Assembly (NCBI GenBank): GCA_963719945.1
Contig: CAVRDX010000001.1
Span: 832,001 to 896,000 of the forward strand
DNA length: 64,000 nt
Direction: 5' to 3'
Origin: an uncultured Thermoplasmata archaeon
Lineage (GTDB): Archaea; Thermoplasmatota; Thermoplasmata; UBA10834
Every line of letters begins with the position of its first letter. Within the stretch, counting starts at the first letter, position 1. Positions 30,228 to 38,848 of the stretch are shown piece by piece. A program made the position numbers and the translations under genes. Under the pieces are notes generated by a model. The model was given only the letters and a program-made list of their open reading frames with translations, was not told the origin of the DNA and did not search any database.

Positions 30228-30572
30228 ATGATGCTATATCTGACAAGCTACAATCTGAAAGATGGGCGTGCTGGGGAATACTCTGCTTGGGTGAAGAAGA
30301 ACAAGAAGAGCATACAGGACCATGCACCTCCGGGATGGAAGTTTCGCGGGATTTATGGATCTGTTCTGGGCTTTGGTCGGTATGATGTCACCGAGATATG
30401 GGAGCTCAGGAAGTACGCTGACTTCGACACCTTCCGCGACTGGGACGACAAGGTCAGTCTCCGATTGCAGGCGGAAGCGCAAGACTTCATGCTACCCGGG
30501 GCGAATGAATCGACATTGCTTAGAGAAGTCAGCGATGTTGTGGTCATCGATCACAAGAAGCCGAAGAAGTGA
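30228..30572 (+). CDS. Hypothetical protein, dimeric alpha+beta barrel-like
   Basis: YNLK.G...EY..W...GWKFRGIY....G.YDVTEIWE...YADFD; start uncertain (30198-30231). Confidence 0.65.
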   Translation: MMLYLTSYNLKDGRAGEYSAWVKKNKKSIQDHAPPGWKFRGIYGSVLGFGRYDVTEIWELRKYADFDTFRDWDDKVSLRLQAEAQDFMLPGANESTLLREVSDVVVIDHKKPKK

Positions 30573-30916
30573 ATCTAGTCGTCCTAAACCTTTTGGTCTT
30601 TCCGCCCCTATGGCCTTTTGCGCGCTCTCAGATGCGGTTCGAGGCGGGATTCGCCAAGACCGAATAACGACCGGTTCCAACGTCGTTGTCGCGACCGGTT
30701 ACGACCTATCGTGACGCTCTATCGTGAAACACGATCTTCAAAGAGCTGTACTGGCGCCACCTGCTCGTCTGTAGCTCGTCTCATCTCGTGAGAACGGTGC
30801 GAGTGCCGGCACGCGCTTCGGACGCCTATTGATGCAAGGAATCATGAAGAGGAACAAGAAGGAGGAAAAGAAAAAGATCAAGAGGTTTCTCGGACTGGCC
30901 TTCTGCTATCGATAAT

Positions 30917-31005
30917 GAATTAGAATCCGAGCCGCACTATCTGGCCGCGCACGAGTTCAGGCCCGGTTGGGCCCACTACATCTTATCTGGCTAAATTCTA
31001 ATCAG
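30917..31005 (+). repeat. att-like repeat copy 1 (89-bp site with tRNA-Val core at 30963-30978)
   Basis: 16/16 core match; same N7-TCTGGCTA-..AATCAG trailer; terminal inverted repeat ATTAGAAT/ATTCTAAT. Confidence 0.85.
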
Positions 31006-31111
31006 CGTTTTGGGTTTTTCGCAACAGGTGCTTCCCAGGCTGTCGCATGAGGGAGAACGCGGGTTCGAATTTAATCAGTGACAGAGCGTCTATATTACCA
31101 CGGACACCATT

Positions 31112-31723
31112 ATGGGTCCGAGGGGAAAAATGGCGGGGTCGTCGGGAAACTCGAAGAGCAGTGTAATTCTGACGTTCGTCGCAGTGTTCTTCGTTATGGC
31201 ATCAGCATGGATGACATGGTACACCATCTCCAACGAGCATACGACTGTGTCCGAGTATTGGCTGGACCACTTCGATCCGGAATGGGGCAATTATGGAGTC
31301 GAGACATATGACATCTATGACCAGGTTGACGAAGTGATGTTGGGACTGAAGTTTTTCACCATTCTGTGGTTCCTTGCAGCTCTATTCTTTGTGGGTCAAA
31401 TCATGACAGACAAATCCGGTCCTATCAGGGAAATCATCGCGGGTGCAACTCCTATTGCTTTGGGCATTGGGATGCTGGCATACTTTGCACTAGCGTTCCC
31501 TGGAGCTTGTCCTTCACCGTTAGTCTCAGGATTCTTTTCGAGCACAACGGTCGGCGGCGTCGTGTATACAGGAAGCCCCGGAGGAGGATTTTATCTGGTT
31601 GCAGTAGCCTGTGTATTTCAGGCATTGGCAGTAACGCTTCGTTTCAAATCAGTCTTCTCAAAACCGCGTTCGCCTGAACCCACCGCATGCGAGGCTCGCG
31701 TTGGCACGGAACCCCCGAAGTGA
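31112..31723 (+). CDS. Four-TM membrane protein (cassette cargo)
   Basis: Four hydrophobic segments; W.WY and PGGGFYL motifs. Confidence 0.7.
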   Translation: MGPRGKMAGSSGNSKSSVILTFVAVFFVMASAWMTWYTISNEHTTVSEYWLDHFDPEWGNYGVETYDIYDQVDEVMLGLKFFTILWFLAALFFVGQIMTDKSGPIREIIAGATPIALGIGMLAYFALAFPGACPSPLVSGFFSSTTVGGVVYTGSPGGGFYLVAVACVFQALAVTLRFKSVFSKPRSPEPTACEARVGTEPPK

Positions 31724-31848
31724 GCTGCATCATATCCGACGGATCAGACCTAATGAAATTTCGTGCAGAGAAGGTTTGAGGAAGGAAAGAAGAAAATGAT
31801 CTGCTGCGTTCCACCTCGAAATCCCCAGATTGCAGATTAGATTACAGC

Positions 31849-31883
31849 TAGTGTGCCCTACTCGAATCGGGTTGGGCCCACTA
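31849..31883. repeat. att-like repeat copy 2, palindromic (inverted plus direct tRNA-Val 3' end)
   Basis: TAGTGTGCCCTACTCG-AAT-CGGGTTGGGCCCACTA; 13 Watson-Crick pairs plus 1 G-T out of 16. Confidence 0.8.
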
Positions 31884-32125
31884 CATATTCTTGCCAGATA
31901 ATGGACTACAGGATTCAGACCGCATGATTTCGCATACTTCGAAGTCTTGAGCCTTTATGCTGAATGACGCTTGGTTCGGGACCAAATAGACCCACTCTTG
32001 AGACGTTTTGAATACATAGAGAATGCGAGCCGAGAACCATGGAATTCAAGACCATTCCACGATGGTCGTATGTTTCGATGCAAATAGAGGCACATTAATG
32101 CACAACAAGTGATAGGGAATCGACA

Positions 32126-32665
32126 TCAAATCACAAGATCATCCCATATCTCAAGGAACCCGTCAGTCAGGCTTGTCAGCTGTGGATTGAATCGCAATAG
32201 TATCTTCTCGATTCTTGCGGGATCAGAAATGAGATACTCAGAAGTGTTGCCATTCCTGGAAACCACACCGACTGCAAGGAGTTTCTCAAGGTGGTGACTA
32301 ACCGTGGATGGTGATTTCCTGACGCCATGAACAATCTCTCCGTGAGTCATAGCTCCATTCCTCAGGATTAGAATCGTGATTCTGAACGGGACCCGTTGCC
32401 TCAGAAGACTTACAATGCGCTTATCAGGGGCACTGAAATGGCTCCAGTCTGCACCAATGGCGTCCCTCGGAAAGTAACGCTTGTACTGTCCATCCTGAAT
32501 GGAATATACAAGCTCGCGCTTCTCAAGATAAAGGAGATGATAGTCGACCAGGTTCGCGGAGAGTCTGACCTCCCTGCCAATCTCCCTGAGATGCATGCCA
32601 GGATACTTGCAGACTGCATCGAATATCCGGCGACGACTATCCAGTTCAAGCGCGAGCTCGTTCAA
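32126..32665 (-). CDS. Tandem winged-helix transcriptional regulator
   Basis: RRRIF..V...PGMHLREI...VDYHL..LE; second HTH SPSTVSHHLEKL. Confidence 0.88.
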   Translation of the reverse strand: MNELALELDSRRRIFDAVCKYPGMHLREIGREVRLSANLVDYHLLYLEKRELVYSIQDGQYKRYFPRDAIGADWSHFSAPDKRIVSLLRQRVPFRITILILRNGAMTHGEIVHGVRKSPSTVSHHLEKLLAVGVVSRNGNTSEYLISDPARIEKILLRFNPQLTSLTDGFLEIWDDLVI

Positions 32666-32675
32666 GAGAAACCTC

Positions 32676-32936
32676 CTAGGGTTTCAATGTCGCCAGAAAG
32701 ATTGATGCAAGAATGCCAATATCCAATAGCCCAGATGTAATCCATAGGTTGGTATCATTGAGGACGTCGGTGAACAACTGGACGGACAACAGAATACCTT
32801 TCGCGAAGAACAACATGAATGCGAAAACAATCAGCAGAGTCTTCGATTTCCCAGATTCTCTAAATGCCTTGGCCGCAATGATAGCCAGTGTGAGCGAGAA
32901 GATCACGATAAACGCATAGACCAAATTCTCAAGCAT
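32676..32936 (-). CDS. Small three-TM membrane protein
   Basis: AFRESG..K.L....AF.LFF.KG; GGAGG SD; in operon with the wHTH gene. Confidence 0.75.
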   Translation of the reverse strand: MLENLVYAFIVIFSLTLAIIAAKAFRESGKSKTLLIVFAFMLFFAKGILLSVQLFTDVLNDTNLWITSGLLDIGILASIFLATLKP

Positions 32937-32973
32937 AGAAACTCCTCCATATCAAGGGGAATGTGGTTGCTCC

Positions 32974-33990
32974 TTAATGATTCCTTGAGCTACGATCACG
33001 TTTCACAAATGCAATGGACATAACAACGATACCAGAGGCTACTCCGAGACCAGACAGATAGAGCACTGGATCTGGACTTAGATCATCTGAATCCGAATAG
33101 TAGGTCATGTTGCTTCGAACCTTGAAAACAACATCCTGGATCAGAGTATTCGCCTTCGGATAGGACAACGTGAGATTTCCTTCATCCCAACTACCTGCGG
33201 CTCCCAATCCTATTGTGCTGCCATCAACGCACATGCTATTCCTCCACTGGATAGACCCGCCTGCGAAAGGCTGAGCTGTCGTTATGTTCAATAATATGCC
33301 AGTATTAGATTCAAGATATGACATTCCCGCGCTTGACTGGGACCGGATCAATATCCTTACTCCAATCGCATTGCTCTCATCCGAGAAGTTGTAACGCGAG
33401 ATTCTCAGACTCATATGAATCTCAGTTGGATCAATATCACCGCCTAAAGTGAAGAACACATAATTCGAATTTGTGACGAAGACCAGCGTAACCAGCCCGT
33501 CCTCGGATATTGCAGTGTAGGTGGTTCTAGTTCCCCAATCCGGCGTATTCTCGCATAATGGTTGGGACAGTGTGAATCTCTCATTCGAGATATCAACGCT
33601 GGAGATCACAGAGTCCTCAGGACCAAAGGAAGTGCTTCCATTGTTCTGGAATTCGAAGACCGACAATATCGAGAAACTCATGCTCCAATTTAGCGGGCCA
33701 GGCACATAGATACCGTTGGCCAATTCATTGAAGTCGCTGGGGATCAGAATAGGGGAGCTTTGACGGATATAATCGATATCGAAGGTCCCATCAGAAAATG
33801 ATGCGAGAAATGCATCAGGACTATTGGATTTTGACTGTGTCGATAATGCATAGAACTCGTCTGAAGTTGAAACAGCAACGCCAGATCGTCCTGCAGGCAG
33901 ATCACTCGCAGCAACCGAGCAGGATACCATGATAAGAACTGCCATTGTAACAACCGACATGCAGCCAAATGCCCCATTTCTTCGAACCAT
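32974..33990 (-). CDS. Secreted/cell-surface protein with a C-terminal membrane anchor
   Basis: Signal peptide, Ser/Thr-rich beta body with N-x-S/T sequons, C-terminal TM plus basic tail. Confidence 0.7.
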   Translation of the reverse strand: MVRRNGAFGCMSVVTMAVLIMVSCSVAASDLPAGRSGVAVSTSDEFYALSTQSKSNSPDAFLASFSDGTFDIDYIRQSSPILIPSDFNELANGIYVPGPLNWSMSFSILSVFEFQNNGSTSFGPEDSVISSVDISNERFTLSQPLCENTPDWGTRTTYTAISEDGLVTLVFVTNSNYVFFTLGGDIDPTEIHMSLRISRYNFSDESNAIGVRILIRSQSSAGMSYLESNTGILLNITTAQPFAGGSIQWRNSMCVDGSTIGLGAAGSWDEGNLTLSYPKANTLIQDVVFKVRSNMTYYSDSDDLSPDPVLYLSGLGVASGIVVMSIAFVKRDRSSRNH

Positions 33991-34151
33991 ATATAACATG
34001 AAAAACAGGGGGCTCGTGAATATAATACGGTTATTGGACAACGGTCGAATTCGAACGAACTTGATAGGCTATATGAGCGACCCTTCACGCGAATATATTC
34101 GTTTGATAGAAATATGAAAGGGTTTATGGGCTGGCCCTGGAAATTCAGATT

Positions 34152-34240
34152 GGATTGGAATCAAAAATACACTGCCTGGCCTACGGTTTGTTCAGGCCCG
34201 ATTGGGCCCACTATAGCCCTTCCAGCCATTTTTCAATCAG
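34152..34240 (+). repeat. att-like repeat copy 3 (89-bp site with tRNA-Val core at 34198-34213)
   Basis: 15/16 core match; ungapped alignment to copy 1 (58/89 by hand count); terminal inverted repeat GATTGGAA/TTTCAATC. Confidence 0.85.
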
Positions 34241-34421
34241 ACGGTATCGCGCGCCGAGAAGAATGACTATTGCGCATTCATCGTCCATAGCGCTTGGAGA
34301 CCCTCAGACAACTCCTGACGTCGGCTATCTCGTCGGACCATTCAATCTGAATCATTGTCCAGATCGCAGCGTTTCGAGAAATGATCCTGGCACGCCAATA
34401 GGAATGCTGAGCCCATTCTTC

Positions 34422-35129
34422 TCAATTCCACCAGTGGATATCATCATTCAACTCTTCGCTATGCCAAGAATAGAATTTGCCATCGTGCAGCGCGCAACTA
34501 TACTCGCCCCAATATGCGTACACCGACTGAGGTGGCGCATAGACGAGGGCAAATCGATAGATGACATCGTTCCAGATAGATGGTGATTCGAAGAGAATAC
34601 TATCCCCTTGATTGAATTCCCCATCCCCGATGATATCGGTAATGATGAAACTATGGATATCGGCAGATACTTGCGTTCCTGAACTCAGCATTTCTTGAAT
34701 TGTGAGATTCGCAAGAGGAAATACGGTATATCCGATTGCACCATCGCTGATTGCCCCGCAATAACATTGCATATATGTGTAGTTAGTAGCGATGGACGGA
34801 TCCAAATTCGAGACCCATTCAATTCCTTCATCGGTCAGGATTAGTGGCGTATCTTCGGAGGGATATGGTGGCCAAATGTAACTCTCAAGGTTCCATGAAT
34901 ATGCGAGAATGCAGCTCAGCACCAACATGGCAGCGATTGCGAGAATAATAGTCCGTCGAGGACCACTCTTCAGATTCTCTCGGATGAATTCACGAATGAC
35001 TTCGGTGTCAGACATCCGTTTCTGAGATGATTCATTCGTCACAAATAGGAGCGCGCCGCATGATATGCAGAACTCCATAGCATCATGATTCTCAGTAGCG
35101 CATCTCGGGCACTTTATCAGACTTCCCAC
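34422..35129 (-). CDS. Zinc-ribbon, single-TM protein with an extracellular domain
   Basis: KCPRCATEN....FCISCG; TM; D..GDG.FNQGD loop; start GTG 35129 or CTG 35120. Confidence 0.7.
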   Translation of the reverse strand: MGSLIKCPRCATENHDAMEFCISCGALLFVTNESSQKRMSDTEVIREFIRENLKSGPRRTIILAIAAMLVLSCILAYSWNLESYIWPPYPSEDTPLILTDEGIEWVSNLDPSIATNYTYMQCYCGAISDGAIGYTVFPLANLTIQEMLSSGTQVSADIHSFIITDIIGDGEFNQGDSILFESPSIWNDVIYRFALVYAPPQSVYAYWGEYSCALHDGKFYSWHSEELNDDIHWWN

Positions 35130-35285
35130 AACCGTATGTGGAATGTCATCGAGCAATATCTTCTTTTCTCTCTATCTGTACCAAAGAGAGTGGCTCTGAT
35201 CATCAACTGGTTCACACCTATCCCAGTTCGCGCACACATTCTCGATTGTGGCTGCGGAATCCCACAAGAAAGGAGATATCCATCC

Positions 35286-35801
35286 ATGATAGTACAGGAA
35301 GATGCGATGGAAGACACAATCACGTGCCCAGCCTGCGGCACATTAATCAGGTCGGATTCAACGTTCTGCAGATCCTGCGGAAAGTCGATCAGGAAATGCC
35401 CGAGCTGCAGCTCCATCATCCTTGAGGGGGTCATGTTCTGTCCGAATTGCGAGACGCCGCTTTTTCAGACAAATGAACATTCGGAGACTTCACCGCAGAA
35501 TGTCGATTCGGAGACTACACACCTCATATGGGAAGGGGTTCCGTTTTCCGGGCTGCAAAAGACATCCCAGACCAAGCGCCAGTGGAGGATAACAGTCGTG
35601 ATATTCGCGACATACGCGATCGCCTGTATATTGATGATCGCATGGATCATGCTGAAGAAATCCACTGAAGACGTGTGCTGTATCTCGGGGTTTGTCATCG
35701 GATTGGCATTCTTCAGTGCATTCACCTTGTGGGTCAGATATTGGGTTGGTCGAAGCGGGGCTGAACACGAAGAGCGCAAGAAGTGGAAAGATCCATTGTA
35801 G
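35286..35801 (+). CDS. Double zinc-ribbon membrane protein
   Basis: CPAC..FCRSCG, CPSC..FCPNC; two TMs; AGGAG SD. Confidence 0.75.
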   Translation: MIVQEDAMEDTITCPACGTLIRSDSTFCRSCGKSIRKCPSCSSIILEGVMFCPNCETPLFQTNEHSETSPQNVDSETTHLIWEGVPFSGLQKTSQTKRQWRITVVIFATYAIACILMIAWIMLKKSTEDVCCISGFVIGLAFFSAFTLWVRYWVGRSGAEHEERKKWKDPL

Positions 35802-35905
35802 GCAAATTGAGCCACCGCACAGCCTACGACTTCTCGTGTCGGCGGGAGATACGATTCAGCCATGAACGCACAGGTTGAATCCTTCCAAGAAGATCAGGCG
35901 ATGAT

Positions 35906-36421
35906 TCAGAGGAAGATGCTATCGAGTTCCTGCAGACTCGCGGTATCGCATATCTCTTCCGCGAACCGTACATGCTCCTCATTAGCCGACGCCACGCCCC
36001 CTTTTAGCAGGTAGGGACGGATGTCCCAGTCAGGAGCGCTGAAGTAAGTCGCCAGCACACACCCGCTCGCACTAAGCCCCACAATCACCAGAGCGTCACA
36101 TCCTTCTTTCTTGAGCATAGCTCCAAACTCGGGATTGCCAAAGGCGCTCGCATGAAGCTTCGTGGCCTTCAGGTCGGTCTTCTCGATCTTGACCGTCTCC
36201 GGGACTTCGAAACGTCTTGTCCCTGGCAGCAATCCGTCCTCCTTATCCTCGGTATATCCCACGACGATAGGGAACTTGTTCCTTCTGAACCAAGCGATCG
36301 CGTCGTTGATGACATCAAGGCGCATCTCCACGGACTTCCTCAAGTCCTGGTTGCTATCAGGGTCGTACAACCAGACATTCTGTATATCCTGGACGAGTAA
36401 TGCGGGTTTCATTTCACTCAT
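35906..36421 (-). CDS. Isochorismatase-family cysteine hydrolase
   Basis: ALLVQDIQN, K.HASAF, VGLSASGCVLAT. Confidence 0.88.
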   Translation of the reverse strand: MSEMKPALLVQDIQNVWLYDPDSNQDLRKSVEMRLDVINDAIAWFRRNKFPIVVGYTEDKEDGLLPGTRRFEVPETVKIEKTDLKATKLHASAFGNPEFGAMLKKEGCDALVIVGLSASGCVLATYFSAPDWDIRPYLLKGGVASANEEHVRFAEEICDTASLQELDSIFL

Positions 36422-36576
36422 CCTTGAAATGCGTCTGCCATTAATATTGATTATTGATATGTCTGGTCAGGCAATAGTCGCATCTCAATTGAGGAAAAGA
36501 GGAGACGTCCAGACGATACTCGTTTTACTAACATGAGCATGCTCATGACTTCAATTGAAGATAGAAATTGCAGCCG

Positions 36577-37635
36577 CTAACAATTGATATCCCTTCTATA
36601 GAGAGAGATAACGGTTATGCCAACCAATATGCCTGTCAGTACTGCCAGGAATAATGCACTCAGCAATGGATCAGGATAAAATTCATAATACGGGACAGAC
36701 CCGTTCAGATCGATGATATCCTGAGGATAGTCATCGAGAAGAAGCGATCGATTGATTGTCTCCGCAGCGAATGATGGTAGGAACCATGGTTTGACACCAC
36801 CTGAGATTAGAATCTGCTGAAGGATCGGAAACAATGCGATGAGGAGCAGAAAAGCGAATACGATAGATCCTGTTGAATTCTTCGAAATAGAACTGATGGC
36901 ATAGGCAAAGGCCAGGCATGCTGCGAAATATAGCAATGACAATGCCAACGAGATCAGAAGGTAATCAGGGAGAGTCCCGAGCCCAGAGTATATTAGAGCA
37001 GACATTGCCAGATAGAATGAGACGATTGCCACTATTCCAACCATCAGGCTTGCGATGAATTTGCCAATCACGATAGCGATTCGTTTCACAGGATTCGGAT
37101 ATACAAGATATGCAGTTCGATTCTGTATCTCGCCTGCGAGCGAATCCGAGCCAACGAGAATCGCGATTATCACAATCATATAAGGGAGAATGATCATCAG
37201 CTTATCGGCCATTTCGATTGGATAGTACCCCCAATCATAGGTGACTTCGAGCATATTATCACTGAGGTCTGATTTAAACAATATCGGACCATCTGCATAT
37301 AGCCAATCATCTACTGAAATCAGAGTGCCGTTGAGCCTGATTTCGATGCTCTCTGGAAAGATCCGCCAATTGAGATAATAGATCATTGAATGATATCCGG
37401 TGGAGTATTCGCTCTCAACAGGAGCAGGCATTATGAATTCGACAGAGTGACCGGAATACTCGTCGCCAAATGCAAGAGGCAAGTAGTACAGCATCAGGAC
37501 GATACCGACGGAAAGTGCCATGATTGAGACGAACCTGAACCCTTTGATATATCTGATGAGTTCGAGACGGGCAATCACAGAGATCTGTGCCAAATCGGAG
37601 GGAACTCTTGATCCAGGAACCTTCCGGTCAGTCAT
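36577..37635 (-). CDS. ABC-2 type transporter permease
   Basis: DSLAGE...RTAYL....PVKR..IVIGKF; multiple TMs; ends YRRDI. Confidence 0.88.
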   Translation of the reverse strand: MTDRKVPGSRVPSDLAQISVIARLELIRYIKGFRFVSIMALSVGIVLMLYYLPLAFGDEYSGHSVEFIMPAPVESEYSTGYHSMIYYLNWRIFPESIEIRLNGTLISVDDWLYADGPILFKSDLSDNMLEVTYDWGYYPIEMADKLMIILPYMIVIIAILVGSDSLAGEIQNRTAYLVYPNPVKRIAIVIGKFIASLMVGIVAIVSFYLAMSALIYSGLGTLPDYLLISLALSLLYFAACLAFAYAISSISKNSTGSIVFAFLLLIALFPILQQILISGGVKPWFLPSFAAETINRSLLLDDYPQDIIDLNGSVPYYEFYPDPLLSALFLAVLTGILVGITVISLYRRDINC

Positions 37636-38581
37636 ACTGCTCAGCCTCCGACTCGGCGATCCTGTCGAGGTATATGCTCTCGAGAGAGGGACCGCGAGGG
37701 ACGAACGAACTGACGGATAATCCCAACGACATCAATAAGCGCAAGATATTGTGCCTATTCGCAACATCTCCGTTCGAGCAGCTGATCCTGAATATCGTCG
37801 GAGACAACGATTCAACGGAGATAATCCCGTCCAGCTCATTGATTCGGCCTCGAACTTCAGGAGATGGAGCGGTGGCGAATTCGACTTCGATAATGCAGGA
37901 TTTAGATATCTGTTTTAGATTCTCGATGTCATCATAGAGAAGGAGCCGCCCATGATCGATTAGCGCTATGGAATCGCATATCTCCTGCACCTCATTCAGC
38001 ATATGGGAGTTCAGGAGAATCGTGATCTTCATGGATCTCAGAGTCTTCAGGATTCCCCTGATGTGAACCATACCAGTCGGGTCGAGCCCGCTCGTGGGTT
38101 CATCGAGAATCAGTACGGTAGGTTCGTGAAGCAATGCCTGAGCAAGGGCCAGTCTCTGCTTCATCCCCTTTGAGAATCCGCCCACCCTCGAATCTGCCCT
38201 ATCCGACAGCTTGAATTCTTTCAGCAATTCGGTTGTTCTGCTACGGATGAGGACATCATCCATACCTCTGAGCTGGCCAAGGAATCTCAGAATCCTCACA
38301 GGTGTGAGCTGAGGGTAGAACTCAGGGCTCTCAACGACCGAACCTACATCGGACAGAGCAACCTTGGGTTCCTTCCGAACCTCGATGTCATTGATATACG
38401 CAGTCCCTGAGGTCGGCGAAACCAGATTCGTCAGTATCTTGGCGGTGGTCGTCTTCCCCGCTCCATTCGGCCCGAGAAATCCTAAGACCGAACCATGAGG
38501 AACATTCAAAGATAGATGATCGACGGCGACCAGCGATCCAGAATATACCTTCGTCAGATTCTCTATCCTTATCGAACCCAT
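37628..38581 (-). CDS. ABC transporter ATP-binding protein
   Basis: GPNGAGKTT, FSKGMKQR, ILDEPTSGLDP, SH. Confidence 0.95.
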   Translation of the reverse strand: MGSIRIENLTKVYSGSLVAVDHLSLNVPHGSVLGFLGPNGAGKTTTAKILTNLVSPTSGTAYINDIEVRKEPKVALSDVGSVVESPEFYPQLTPVRILRFLGQLRGMDDVLIRSRTTELLKEFKLSDRADSRVGGFSKGMKQRLALAQALLHEPTVLILDEPTSGLDPTGMVHIRGILKTLRSMKITILLNSHMLNEVQEICDSIALIDHGRLLLYDDIENLKQISKSCIIEVEFATAPSPEVRGRINELDGIISVESLSPTIFRISCSNGDVANRHNILRLLMSLGLSVSSFVPRGPSLESIYLDRIAESEAEQYD

Positions 38582-38848
38582 CCCATCAGCCCGAGATACA
38601 TGCCTTGAGCTACATGAGAGCAACATCGTGAGGATATTATGCTTTCGGGATGTAGATTCCAGGGACTGGGAAGTGCTAGCCCTTGCATCAGGATTCTGAG
38701 GAGAATCCTGTGTAGATCGAAGGCGTTAGAGCATGATGATTTTAGATTGAAAGTCCCGAAAGAATCATATCGCGCGATTGTGCTATTTGACCTCGGTCAG
38801 CGTCCGATCTTCGACCTTTGGGGGGGTCTGATTAGACGCTGAGGGGGA

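Noticed and set aside
30660-30790. Short paired direct repeats (CGACCGGTT, CTATCGTGA, GCTCGTCT) as possible iterons
   Set aside because: Each occurs only twice, with different sequences and irregular spacing, and there is no Rep gene.
30832-30915. Short Lys-rich ORF before att copy 1 as a possible split-integrase fragment
   Set aside because: 27 aa of low-complexity purine-rich sequence with no tyrosine recombinase motif.
31051-31070. GGGAGAACGCGGGTTCGAAT, a tRNA T-arm-like fragment
   Set aside because: No complementary 3' T-stem or acceptor strand; too short to call.
29581-34240. Repeats considered as a CRISPR array
   Set aside because: Spacing is 0.9-2.3 kb with whole genes between copies, the repeat is tRNA-derived, and no cas genes are present.
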